DNA of 64,000 nucleotides, from assembly GCA_965228475.1 (NCBI GenBank), contig OZ245817.1:4640001-4704000 (forward strand), in the 5' to 3' direction. Each line of letters opens with the position of its first letter. Positions within the stretch are counted from its first letter, which is position 1. Of this stretch, positions 54,474 to 63,982 are shown one piece after another. Origin of the DNA: Myxococcota bacterium (GTDB lineage Bacteria; Myxococcota_A; UBA9160; JAFDDA01). The notes under the pieces are model-generated. The model was given only the letters and a program-made list of their open reading frames with translations, did not search any database and was not told the origin of the DNA. The translations under genes and the position numbers were made by a program.

Positions 54474-56759
54474 ATGAAGTGCTCCCTCGCATCGGCCACG
54501 GTTCGCGCGCTCGTCCTGCTGCCGCTCCTCGCGCTGCCCGGCTGCCGCACGCCGAGCGCCCCTCCGAGCTACGCGCCCATCGAACCCCTCGCCGCCCGCG
54601 CACCGATCATGCCGACCGACGGCGACCTCGCCGCCGCGGAGCTCGCCGCCGCGATCCTCGTCGACGACCGCGTCGAAGCGGTGAAGGCCCTCGGCCGCAT
54701 CCAGAAGTACGAGGAGGCCCTCGGCGAAGAAGCGCCGCCGACGGGCCTGCCGGGCTACGGCCAATACGCCCTGGCCGCCACCCTCGACGACCCGATCCGC
54801 TTCCGCGAGGCGATGGACCATCTGCTCGACACCGACGATCTCGACCCGGGTCTGCGCGAAGTCGTCGAGCAGTACCACGCCGACGACCCGCTGAAGCTCG
54901 CCGACGCGCGCGTGCGCGACGCCTGGGTCCGCCGCCTCGGCACCATCTTCAACTACTTCTCCGCGCCGATCGGGAAGTCCGCCGCGACGGGCGCCGTCGC
55001 CATCGCCGGGCTCGCGCGAGCCGCCATGCGCGTGATCCTCTTCGAGGTCGAACGGGAGGAGATGGACCTTCCGGAGCGCCAGGCGCTCCAGCACCGTCGC
55101 CGCTTCGTCGAGAGCCATCCGGAGGCCGAGGAAGCACCCGAGGTCGCCGCACGCATCGAAGAAGACCAGGCCCGCTGGAACCAGCTCCAGCGCGACCGCT
55201 CCGTGCGCGGAGCGCAGAAGGCCCTCGAGCGCGACCAGCCGCGCATCGCCTACGTCCTGGCCCGCCGCGCGCTCCAGTACCGCGAGGAAGACCCCGAGGC
55301 CCTCGGCCTCGCGCGCGAAGCCGAGGCGAGGGTCGCCCGCTGGCGGGAGGCCCGAGAGGCCACGGACGCCGCCATCGAGGAACCCCAGGCCGACGTCGCC
55401 GCCCGCAAGGCCCGCAAGCTCGCCGTCAGCCTGCTCACCGGCGACGACTTCATGCCCCACGCCGAGAAGCTCTTCGACCAGGACCCCGACGGCCCCCTCG
55501 CCGACGAAGCCTTCTTCATCATGGGCATGGGCATCGGCGAAGACGGCGACAACTGGCTCATGTGGCGCGTGTTCGAAGAGCTCGCCACGCTCGACTACAA
55601 GGACTCGAACATGTCGCGGCACGCCGAGGCCGCCGTGCTGAGCCCCTACCAGAATCCGCTGCGCGCTTTCGAGCGCTCGCAGTCGAAGGACATGCGCAAC
55701 CAGGCAGCGTGGATCCTGTTCGGTCCGCTCGCCAAGGGCCCGCGCGACCGCAACCTGCCGCGCCCGGTCGAATGGCTCGTCGACCTCCCGACCTACGTCG
55801 AGATCTTCACCTCGCTTCCGAACCGGCTCGTCTTCTTCCCGTGGATGAAGCCCTGGCCCTTCGGCAAGGCGCCCGCGAACTACGCCCGCCTCTACCTCGA
55901 ACGCGACCCGAACGGCCTGCACGTGGAGCAGGTCGCCTCGTGGCTCCAGGGCTGGGAAGAGCGGCGCGGCAACTACGTCGGCGCCCTCGAAGCGGCCCGG
56001 CTCCGGCCGGGCATCTCGGGCGACGATCTCGCCGAACTCGACGAGAAGGCCGCCAACCAGAAGCTCGAAGCGGCCGGGCGCGAGGGACGTTCCGATGCGC
56101 GCCTCGCCATCCTGAAGGCCGTCGCCCGCGACCACCCGGGGACCAAGGCCGGGCGCGAGGCCGGCGAGCAGGCGCGCGAGATCGCGGAGTTCGCGACGCC
56201 CCAGCGCGTGCAGCTCTCCCACGGCTTCCTGAGCGAGCATCCCCATCTGGCCGGGCCCGACGGCATCGGCCTCGATCCGATCTACCTCGACGGCGAAGCC
56301 GCCAACGGAGAGCTCCACCCGATGGGCGTGGCGCTCGTCGGCGGCCGCACGCTGGAACTCTCCTTCCTCGCCGAGAGCGGCAAGAAGTCCGACCCGCCCG
56401 AGCGCCGCTACCGGACGATCTCCGCCGAGAAGCTCTCGCGGCTGGTGGCGCTGCTCGACGAGACGTCGCTCCGGCTCGCCCAGCTCGACCGCGACTACGA
56501 TCACGGCGCGGACCCGGACCGCGACCTCTTCTTCGAGCGCGCGCGGCTGGGCGTCTCGGCCGCGCCGGACCTCCGCCCGATGGCCCGCTCGGACTACGCC
56601 TTCCGCGGCATGCGCGAGCGGTACGGCCTCGTACGCTCGCGCGAGTCGATCCTGCCCTTCGAGCTGGTCGTGCAGGGCTCGCTCTACGACTTCGGCTTCG
56701 GCGTCTTCCCGCGCATCCGCATGCCGAAGCCGACGCCGGACTTCTTCCTCTACAAGTAG
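54474..56759 (+). CDS. Large hypothetical lipoprotein with TPR-like helices and a beta-rich C-terminus
   Basis: Lipobox LPGC; 761-aa frame with host-like codon usage; 6 nt after the previous gene. Confidence 0.75.
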   Translation: MKCSLASATVRALVLLPLLALPGCRTPSAPPSYAPIEPLAARAPIMPTDGDLAAAELAAAILVDDRVEAVKALGRIQKYEEALGEEAPPTGLPGYGQYALAATLDDPIRFREAMDHLLDTDDLDPGLREVVEQYHADDPLKLADARVRDAWVRRLGTIFNYFSAPIGKSAATGAVAIAGLARAAMRVILFEVEREEMDLPERQALQHRRRFVESHPEAEEAPEVAARIEEDQARWNQLQRDRSVRGAQKALERDQPRIAYVLARRALQYREEDPEALGLAREAEARVARWREAREATDAAIEEPQADVAARKARKLAVSLLTGDDFMPHAEKLFDQDPDGPLADEAFFIMGMGIGEDGDNWLMWRVFEELATLDYKDSNMSRHAEAAVLSPYQNPLRAFERSQSKDMRNQAAWILFGPLAKGPRDRNLPRPVEWLVDLPTYVEIFTSLPNRLVFFPWMKPWPFGKAPANYARLYLERDPNGLHVEQVASWLQGWEERRGNYVGALEAARLRPGISGDDLAELDEKAANQKLEAAGREGRSDARLAILKAVARDHPGTKAGREAGEQAREIAEFATPQRVQLSHGFLSEHPHLAGPDGIGLDPIYLDGEAANGELHPMGVALVGGRTLELSFLAESGKKSDPPERRYRTISAEKLSRLVALLDETSLRLAQLDRDYDHGADPDRDLFFERARLGVSAAPDLRPMARSDYAFRGMRERYGLVRSRESILPFELVVQGSLYDFGFGVFPRIRMPKPTPDFFLYK

Positions 56760-56767
56760 GCGGCGCG

Positions 56768-57376
56768 CTACGCCTCCCGGATCCGCATCCGGTGGATCGG
56801 AACGGGCTCCGAGAGGATCTCTCCCTCGAGTCTCGCCACCGGCGTCGGCCCTCCTGTGGGCCGGCTGGCGATCGCTTCGACGACTTCGAGGCCGGAGACG
56901 CCGCGACCGAGCGCCGGGAAGCCACGCGAGTCCGGCTCGCTTCGCCCTTCGAAGTCGAGCTGGGGAAAGCGGCCCAGACACAGGAAGAACTCCGGGAGCA
57001 CGTGTCCAGTGCCGAGGAGATCGCGGGCGAGGGACACGACGCCTTCCTCATGGAGAAGGCCGCTGTCCGCGGTCGTTTCGAAATCCTCGAGCAGGGGCGG
57101 CGTCGACGGCGGCCCGGAGCCGGATCCCGAACCCGGCGCCAGCACCCTTCCCAGCGGCCCGGCCTGGATGAGCCGCGGCCCTTCGGGAACGTCGAGCCGG
57201 GTCGAACGGTAGAAGGAGCTCCCGTCGTAGGCACCGGAGGCGACGCGTTCGAGAAAGTAGGAGGCGGCCCGGGGCGCCCGATGGGTGAGGACCTCGAGCG
57301 CGATCTCCCCGGTTCCCGAATCGATCACGACCCGGGTCGGAGGTTCCTCGTCGTGCCCGTCGCCGGGCCGGGTCAC
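56768..57376 (-). CDS. Cyclophilin-type peptidyl-prolyl isomerase-like protein
   Basis: GEIALEV..RAP..FL..YDGSSFYR, LIQAG, GVVSLAR, FFLC, GRGVSGLEVVEAI. Confidence 0.75.
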   Translation of the reverse strand: MTRPGDGHDEEPPTRVVIDSGTGEIALEVLTHRAPRAASYFLERVASGAYDGSSFYRSTRLDVPEGPRLIQAGPLGRVLAPGSGSGSGPPSTPPLLEDFETTADSGLLHEEGVVSLARDLLGTGHVLPEFFLCLGRFPQLDFEGRSEPDSRGFPALGRGVSGLEVVEAIASRPTGGPTPVARLEGEILSEPVPIHRMRIREA

Positions 57377-57382
57377 CCGCTC

Positions 57383-58558
57383 CTACCTCGCGAGCGTGAG
57401 CGCTTCGAGGGTCTCGGGCGCCTCCGTGAGGGACACGTTGCCCGACTCCGTCACCAGCACCGTATCCGAGAAGCGGAAGCCGCCGAGCCCCTCGAAGTAG
57501 ATGCCGGGCTCGATGCTGAAGAGCATCCCCTCCTCGACCACGCGGTCGTAGCCGATCGCCAGGAACGGGGCTTCGTGGCCGGTCACGCCGAAGCTGTGCC
57601 CGGTGCGGTGCAGGAGGTTTTCGAGGTAGCCCGACTTCTCGAAGTGATCGCGCACGGCCTGGTCGATGCTCGACATCACGGCGCCGGGGCGGAGCATCTC
57701 GAAGGCGATCCGCCGCGCTTCGAGCATGACGTCGAAGCGCTTGCGGGCCTCGTCCGGCACGGAGTTGATGAAGAAGGTCCGCTCGACCTCGGCCCCGTAG
57801 CCGTTCACCCGGCAGTTCACGACGGTCACGTGGGGGCCGCCCTCTTCGAGCTTCGCGAAGACGTCGGTGAAGTTGTGGGGGTCGTCGGAGATGCTCGGCG
57901 GCTGGACGACCGCCGCGAAGCTGCTCGCCAGCATGTTCGCGTTGGGCATGTCCCGCAGCATGCGCCCCGTCATCGAGCGGCTCACGGCGCCGAACAGGCC
58001 GATGATCATCTCGTCGGCCCGGGAGCCGGCCAGGAGCTCGGCGTGGCCGTCGCTGATGACGTCGGAGGCGTGGGCGATCCGGCCGATCTCGTAGGGCGTC
58101 TTCACGAAGCGCGCCTCGTCGATGACGTCCGTGCGGACCCGCTCGCCCCGGATCTCTTCGTGGACCTGGAGCGGGCAGGCCGACTCCACGCCCACGCGCG
58201 CGGCGCTCCCGAGCGCGTCGCGCAGCCGCACGCTCCACTCCTCCCCGGCCGGCGCCGGGAACTCGAAGTACGGGCGCAGCTCGATGTCTCCGACGGAGCG
58301 GATCCGGACGTGCTGCTCTTCCAGCTCGGGCACGACGAAGCGCAGCGGCCCGCCGGGCAGGACGACCAGCACGAACGGACGCTCGTGGACGTAGTTCGCG
58401 AAGTTCGTGAGGTAGAAGATGTTGTCGGGGCAGTGGGAGACGTAGGCGTCGAGATCCTCGGCCGCCATCCGCTCCCGGACGCGCTCGAGCCTGCGGGCCA
58501 TCTCCTCGCGGTCCGGCGGCGTGACGATCGATTCGGGGCGTGCAGGTCCTCGGGTCAT
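57383..58558 (-). CDS. M24 (Xaa-Pro peptidase / creatinase-like) family protein
   Basis: Creatinase-N domain NIFYLTNF; RFVKTPYEI, HRTGHSFG, HEAP, EPGIY. Confidence 0.85.
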   Translation of the reverse strand: MTRGPARPESIVTPPDREEMARRLERVRERMAAEDLDAYVSHCPDNIFYLTNFANYVHERPFVLVVLPGGPLRFVVPELEEQHVRIRSVGDIELRPYFEFPAPAGEEWSVRLRDALGSAARVGVESACPLQVHEEIRGERVRTDVIDEARFVKTPYEIGRIAHASDVISDGHAELLAGSRADEMIIGLFGAVSRSMTGRMLRDMPNANMLASSFAAVVQPPSISDDPHNFTDVFAKLEEGGPHVTVVNCRVNGYGAEVERTFFINSVPDEARKRFDVMLEARRIAFEMLRPGAVMSSIDQAVRDHFEKSGYLENLLHRTGHSFGVTGHEAPFLAIGYDRVVEEGMLFSIEPGIYFEGLGGFRFSDTVLVTESGNVSLTEAPETLEALTLAR

Positions 58559-59799
58559 CGGGTGTCTCCTCGAGCGCGCTCGTACGCCTCGTCGAGCAGG
58601 TCGATCGGGTGGGCGACGCGGAACGCCAGGCCGCGCTCGCGGGCGCCGCGCAGGATCTGCATCAAGCAGCCGGGATTTCCGGTCGCGACCACGTCCGGGG
58701 CGGCCTCGGCCAGGGCGTCGAGCTTCCGCTCGAGCACGGCGTCGGACATCTCCGGATGGGTGAGATTGTAGATCCCGGCGGCGCCGCAGCAGCTCGCCGC
58801 GTCCTCGTGGGAGACGAGCTCGACGCCCGGGATCGCGGCCAGCAGCTCGCGCGGCGGGTCGGACACGCCCTGGCCGTGCACGAGGTGACAGGGATCGTCG
58901 TAGCAGACCCGCGCTTCGACCCGCCCCTCCGGCGGCCGCAGCCCGGCGGCGGCGAGGAACTCGGAGACGTCGCGCACGCGCGCCGGATCGCTCGCCCGGA
59001 GGTGCGCACCGCAGCCCGCCGAGTTCACGACCAGCGCATCGATCTCCTCGGCCTCGAAGACGGCGCGATTCTTCTCGAGAAGCGCGTGGGCGGTCTCCTC
59101 GTCGCCGGCGTGAGCGTGCAGTGCACCGCAGCAGCCCTGCTCCGGCGGGACGACGACGTCGAAGCCGTTCTTCACGAGCACGCGCAGCGTCGCGTGGTTC
59201 GTCGCGCCGAAGAGCTCCGGCATCACGCACCCTTCGAGCAGGGCCACCCGGCCGCGGCGTTCTGCCTCCGCCGGCGTGAAGGCGGGTAGCCGGCGCCGCT
59301 CCGTGCGGGGCGGCACCTCGGGCATCAGGCGGTGCCGGTCGCGGACCGCCTTCGGGAGGAACGGAAGCGCCAGCCGATCGAGACCGAGCCAGGTCACCAC
59401 ACCGAGCACGCTGATCAATCCGGAGAGCCGCCCGCGATGGGGCACGACCTGCCGGAGCAGGGCCCACTCGACGAAACGTGCGATGCCCTTCCGCGCGCCG
59501 CGCCGCTCGATCTCGGCCCGGGCGTCCTCGAGCAGCGCGCCGTACTCCACGCCCGAAGGGCAGGCCGTCTCGCAGGCGCGGCAGCCGAGGCACGCGTACA
59601 TCTCCTCGACGACGGTCTCGTCGAACCCGATGCGCCCCTCGGCGGCGCCGCGCAGGAGGTAGATCCGCCCGCGCGGCGAGGACGTCTCACGCCCGGTCTC
59701 GCGGTAGGTCGGGCAGGATTGGAGGCACAGCCCGCAGTGCACGCAATCGAGCGTGCGCTCGTAGAGCACGCCCAGCTCGGCCGACGGCTCGCTCGCCAC
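58555..59799 (-). CDS. glcF: Glycolate oxidase-like iron-sulfur subunit
   Basis: CVHCGLCLQSCPTY, CLGCRACETACPSGV, two CCG domains, DPCHLVHGQ. Confidence 0.88.
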   Translation of the reverse strand: MASEPSAELGVLYERTLDCVHCGLCLQSCPTYRETGRETSSPRGRIYLLRGAAEGRIGFDETVVEEMYACLGCRACETACPSGVEYGALLEDARAEIERRGARKGIARFVEWALLRQVVPHRGRLSGLISVLGVVTWLGLDRLALPFLPKAVRDRHRLMPEVPPRTERRRLPAFTPAEAERRGRVALLEGCVMPELFGATNHATLRVLVKNGFDVVVPPEQGCCGALHAHAGDEETAHALLEKNRAVFEAEEIDALVVNSAGCGAHLRASDPARVRDVSEFLAAAGLRPPEGRVEARVCYDDPCHLVHGQGVSDPPRELLAAIPGVELVSHEDAASCCGAAGIYNLTHPEMSDAVLERKLDALAEAAPDVVATGNPGCLMQILRGARERGLAFRVAHPIDLLDEAYERARGDTR

Positions 59800-61058
59800 T
59801 AGAGCCCTCCGACGAAGCGGCCGGGGTTGAGCACGCGGGCCGGGTCGAACTCGCGCTTCAGGGCGCGTTGAAGCGGGAGCGTCTCGCGCGGCGCGCCGAA
59901 CACGTCCCGGCCGAGCTTCGCCCAGGTCGGTGCGCGTTCGAGGACCGCGTGCCCGTTGCCGGCGACGCAGGCATGGACGGCGCGGCATGCCGCGTCGGCG
60001 GCGGCTTCGTCGTCGCGCCCGAGCGGAATCTCCGCCGTCACCTGGGCGAGGCCGGGCTGGGCGACGGTGCGTGCGCCGGCGTCGCGCAGGCCCGAGCGCA
60101 GCGCGGCCATGCGCGAAGCCACCACGCGGATGCGGAAGAAGAGCGCGCCCTCGGCCGGCGACTGTTCGCAGGCGAGCAGCCGGGAGACGGCTTCCGGCGG
60201 ACCCTCGCTCACGTCGGCGCGATCGCGAAGGACGACTTCGCTGGCGTCGAGGACCGCCTCGTCCCCGGCCAGCTCGACCAGCACGCCCCGCCAGCCGGCG
60301 CGGGCGACGACCCGCTCCGCGGGGACGGCGTCGAGGCACGCGACGGCGCGGGCCCCCGGAAGCCTCGCCGCGGCACGCGCCAGGCCATCCGCATCGGCGT
60401 CGTGGCCCCGGGCGAGCAGGGTCCGGGTGGCTTCGGGCGTCGGGCGGAGCCGCAGCCAGGCCCCGGCGAGCACGCCGAGGGTTCCGAAGGCACCGAGCTG
60501 GAGCTTCACGAGGTCGTAGCCGCTGACGTTCTTCACGACCCGGGCCCCGCAGCGCGTGAGACCGCCGTCGGGCAGCACCACGTCGAGCCCGAGCACGACG
60601 TCGCGCACGGTGCCGAGGCCGAGGCTGCGCGGCGTGGGAAGCGCCGTCGCCAGCGCGCCGCCGACCGTCGCCGTCGGTCCCGCCGGTTCGAGCGGCGAGA
60701 GCCAGCCGGCGCCGCGCGCGAGCTGTTCGAGCTCACCGACGGGCGTGGCCGCGCTGGCCCAGGCGACGCCCTCGTCCACGTCGACGTGCACGTCGCCCGC
60801 GACCGCCGCGGTGGAGAGCCAGGCCGCGACGGTCGGCTCCGGCGCATTGCCGATTGCGATGCGCGTGCCGCCGCCGCGGACGACCACCCCGACGCCGTGC
60901 TCGTGACACGCCGAGAGCGTCGCGACGAGCGAGGGGACGTCCTCGGGCGCGAGGGTCACGCCGATCTTCGCGCCCTCGAGCGCGATGGCATCGTGCTCGA
61001 GCACCGCGGCCTCGCCGGCCGCCGAGCGGAGCGCCTGGAGCGCGCCGGAGGCGATCAC
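59799..61058 (-). CDS. glcE: Glycolate oxidase-like FAD-binding subunit
   Basis: RGGGT, ATVGG, VVKNVSGYDL, GTLG, FDPARVLNPGRF; GTG overlaps the glcD stop. Confidence 0.82.
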   Translation of the reverse strand: MIASGALQALRSAAGEAAVLEHDAIALEGAKIGVTLAPEDVPSLVATLSACHEHGVGVVVRGGGTRIAIGNAPEPTVAAWLSTAAVAGDVHVDVDEGVAWASAATPVGELEQLARGAGWLSPLEPAGPTATVGGALATALPTPRSLGLGTVRDVVLGLDVVLPDGGLTRCGARVVKNVSGYDLVKLQLGAFGTLGVLAGAWLRLRPTPEATRTLLARGHDADADGLARAAARLPGARAVACLDAVPAERVVARAGWRGVLVELAGDEAVLDASEVVLRDRADVSEGPPEAVSRLLACEQSPAEGALFFRIRVVASRMAALRSGLRDAGARTVAQPGLAQVTAEIPLGRDDEAAADAACRAVHACVAGNGHAVLERAPTWAKLGRDVFGAPRETLPLQRALKREFDPARVLNPGRFVGGL

Positions 61059-62524
61059 GCTCCCTCCTCGCGATCCGCGAGGTTGCCCGCGAAGGGAACC
61101 TGCTCGTAGCCCCGGGCCTTCGGGTTCGCCTCCATGCAGAAGCGCGTCGAGGGAAGGATCTTCCCCGGATTGCTCCGCTGCTCCGGGTCGAAGGCGCGGC
61201 GCAGACGCTTCATCGCCTCGAGGTCGGCTTCGCCGTAGAGCAGCGGCATGAAGTCCCGCTTCTCGGTGCCAACGCCGTGCTCGCCCGTGATCACGCCGCC
61301 CGCCTCGATGCAGGTGCGCAGGATCTCTTCCCCCGCGGCGAGCACGCGCTCGAGTTCGTCCGGGTCCCGGCGGTCGAAGGAGATGTTCGGGTGGAGGTTT
61401 CCGTCGCCGGCGTGGAAGACGTTCGAGAGCTTCAGGCGGTGGCGATCGCCGATCTCGCAGACCTTGGCGATCACTTCCGGCAGCTTCGTGCGCGGGACGA
61501 CGGCGTCGTGCACGTAGAGGTCCGGCGCGAGGCGCCCCATCGCGCCGAAGGCCCCCTTCCGGGCGGCCCAGAACTTCGCGCGCTCCGCGGCGTCGCGTGC
61601 GACGTCGACGCGCCCTGCCCCGGCGCCCCGGGCGATCTCGCGGATCCGTTCGATCTGGCCGGCCACCGCCGCGCGCGGGCCGTCGAGTTCGACGAGCAGC
61701 ACGGCGCCGGCATCCTTCGGGAGCCCGGCGGCGTAGACGCTCGCCTCGACGGCCTCGATCGTGCGGCGGTCGAGGATCTCGAGGGCCGCCGGGACGAGTC
61801 CCTGTCGGATCACCTCGCCGACGGCGCGGCAGGCGGAAACCAGATCGTCGAAGACCGCGAGCAGCGTCTCGATGGCTTCGGGGATCGGCTCGAGGTTCAC
61901 CGTGATCTCGGTGACGATGCCGAGCGTGCCTTCGCTCCCGACCACCGCGCCGACGAGGTCGTAGCCCGGCGGGGCACCCGCCTCGGACCCGATCCGCACG
62001 ACCCGCCCGTCGGCGGTGACGAGCTCGAGCGCGAGGATGTGGTTGCTGGTCGTGCCGTACTTCAGGGTGTGCGGCCCGCCCGAATTCTCCGCGACGTTGC
62101 CGCCGATCGTGCAGGCGAGCTGGCTCGAGGGGTCCGGGGCGTAGAAGAGGCCGTGGGGTGCCACGGCGCGGGAGAGGTCGGCATTGACGAGCCCGGGCTG
62201 CACCCGCGCCCAGCGATCCTCGACGTCGACCTCGAGCACGCGGTTCATGCGCGAGCATCCGACGACGACGGCGCCGTCGCAGGCGAGCGCGCCGCCGGAG
62301 AGCCCGGTGCCCGCGCCGCGCGGAACGAAGCTCACTCCCGCCTCGCCGCACGCGCGCACGATGCGGACGACGTCCGACGTGTCCCGTGGAAAGACCACCG
62401 CGCTCGGCTGGGCCGCGTGGAGGGAGAGCCCGTCGCACTCGTACGGAAAGACCTCGTCCGCCCGCGCGAGGCAGCGCTCCGCGCCGACGATCCCGCGCAG
62501 GGTTTCCGTGAGGTCCGAAGCCAT
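61055..62524 (-). CDS. glcD: Glycolate oxidase-like FAD-linked subunit
   Basis: PRGAGTGLSGG, YAPDPSSQ, AENSGG, HAGDGNLHP, GEHGVG, NPGK. Confidence 0.9.
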   Translation of the reverse strand: MASDLTETLRGIVGAERCLARADEVFPYECDGLSLHAAQPSAVVFPRDTSDVVRIVRACGEAGVSFVPRGAGTGLSGGALACDGAVVVGCSRMNRVLEVDVEDRWARVQPGLVNADLSRAVAPHGLFYAPDPSSQLACTIGGNVAENSGGPHTLKYGTTSNHILALELVTADGRVVRIGSEAGAPPGYDLVGAVVGSEGTLGIVTEITVNLEPIPEAIETLLAVFDDLVSACRAVGEVIRQGLVPAALEILDRRTIEAVEASVYAAGLPKDAGAVLLVELDGPRAAVAGQIERIREIARGAGAGRVDVARDAAERAKFWAARKGAFGAMGRLAPDLYVHDAVVPRTKLPEVIAKVCEIGDRHRLKLSNVFHAGDGNLHPNISFDRRDPDELERVLAAGEEILRTCIEAGGVITGEHGVGTEKRDFMPLLYGEADLEAMKRLRRAFDPEQRSNPGKILPSTRFCMEANPKARGYEQVPFAGNLADREEGA

Positions 62525-62585
62525 GGTGGGGAACGTAGCGGCTGGCCGTGCGCGCGGGGCGCCCGGCGAACCGGAGCGGCGGCGG

Positions 62586-63620
62586 CTAGCCGAGGCCCAG
62601 GCGCTCGAGATCGTCTTCGTCGAGGCCGAGGTAGTGGCCGATCTCGTGCTTCACCGTGATCTGGATCTGCTCGATCAGCTCGTCCTCGTCGCGGCAGGCC
62701 TTCTCGAGGTTCCGCTTGAAGAGGATCACCCGGTCGATGTTCGGCCCGTCGCCGGTGATGCTCGCCTCGGTCCGGGGGATCCCCATGAAGAGGCCGAGGA
62801 TCTGGGGCGAGACGTTCTCGTGCCGCACGAGCTCGGCGGCGGGGAAGTCTTCGATCAGGACGGGGACGTGGGCCACGTACTCGCGGATCGAGCGCGGGAG
62901 GTCGTCGATGGCTTCCCGGGCCGCGGCCTCGAAGGCACTCTCGCCGATCCGGACCGGCTGCGGGTAGTGCTTCGGGTCGAGGGCATCCGCGCGCACGAAG
63001 GCCTCCTCGGCGTCGTCCTCGCGGCCGAGGCGCTCGAGCACGAGGGCGTAGTGATAGACGGCGTGGGGCGAGTCCGGGTCGAGACCCACGGCCCGCTCGA
63101 GCCGCCGGTGCGCCTCTTCGAAGCGGCCGAGTTCGAGCAGGATCTGGCCCTCGAAGGCCAGGGAGATGCCCTGGTCACCGCCGCACTGGAGCGCGCGCTT
63201 CACCAGGAAGAGGGCCCCTTCGAGGTCCTCTTGGTAGAAGCAGGCCTTCGACTTCAGGTAGTGGACCTCGGATTCGAGGCCGCGGTCGAGGCGCGGCAGC
63301 TCGGCGGCACCGCCGAGCAGGCGGTCGCACAGGCGCAGGGCCTCTTCGTACTCGCCGAGCTCCTCGATCAGCAGCTCGGCGCGGTTCAGGTGGGCCGTCG
63401 CGAACTTCGGATCCGCCAGGGTGGCCAGCTCGAACTCGTAGAGCGACTCGTCGATGCGCCCCTCGTCCCAGAGGATCTCGCCGCGGCCGTTGTGGGCCTC
63501 GGCGCCGTTGGGATTCTCTTTGAGCGCCTCGTCGAGCCACGCCATGGCCTCCTCGGTGTCTCCACCGTGGGAAGCTTCCATGGCCTGGTCCAGGCAGTGC
63601 CAGTAGCGGTCGTCTTTCAT
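62586..63620 (-). CDS. TPR-repeat protein fused to a Zincin_1 minimal metallopeptidase
   Basis: Multiple TPRs, then ILGLFMG, ILFKRNL, TVKHEIGHYLG. Confidence 0.85.
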   Translation of the reverse strand: MKDDRYWHCLDQAMEASHGGDTEEAMAWLDEALKENPNGAEAHNGRGEILWDEGRIDESLYEFELATLADPKFATAHLNRAELLIEELGEYEEALRLCDRLLGGAAELPRLDRGLESEVHYLKSKACFYQEDLEGALFLVKRALQCGGDQGISLAFEGQILLELGRFEEAHRRLERAVGLDPDSPHAVYHYALVLERLGREDDAEEAFVRADALDPKHYPQPVRIGESAFEAAAREAIDDLPRSIREYVAHVPVLIEDFPAAELVRHENVSPQILGLFMGIPRTEASITGDGPNIDRVILFKRNLEKACRDEDELIEQIQITVKHEIGHYLGLDEDDLERLGLG

Positions 63621-63900
63621 GGCCTCGATTCCGGCCCCGGCGGGGCCCGGGCGCGCCACCATAGCAGACGGCCCCCGCCGGAATCGCCGCACGCTCCCGT
63701 CGAGGAAATCCCGCAAGCTCCTGTTTCCGCTGGCAAAAATGCATACACGGGATCCGGTCGGCCGGGGCCGCCCCCGCGCTCGCAGCATGGGCCTCCAAGT
63801 GCCTCAAATCGTGTTCGTTTCCGTGCAGGCAGGCTCCGTGCAGGTCGCTCCCGCCGCGCCGGGCGGCGCGCCTTCCGCCCGGACGCCCGGGCGGAGCGCG

Positions 63901-63949
63901 TGGACACTCCGGCCGGCCCCGGAGTAGAGTATCTGACACACCGTCAGAT
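63901..63949 (+). promoter_or_regulatory. Promoter (TGGACA-N18-TAGAGT) immediately followed by operator ATCTGAC-N5-GTCAGAT
   Basis: Perfect 7-bp inverted repeat at 63931-63949 over the expected transcription start. Confidence 0.7.
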
Positions 63950-63982
63950 TTTGCGGACCCGGTCCGCGCGCAAGGAGTCGCC

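Noticed and set aside
53331..58771. Very long alternative-frame ORFs (1216 aa on -, 1430 aa on +), and similar ones elsewhere such as 27137-30124, 39286-42240 and 11637-14288
   Set aside because: They are antisense or frame-shifted shadows of well-supported genes, with R/P/G/A-rich or mirror-codon composition. This is expected where stop codons are rare in high-GC DNA.
63730..63745. Sigma54-like TGGCA...TGCA element
   Set aside because: GG-to-GC spacing is 7 nt rather than the required 10.
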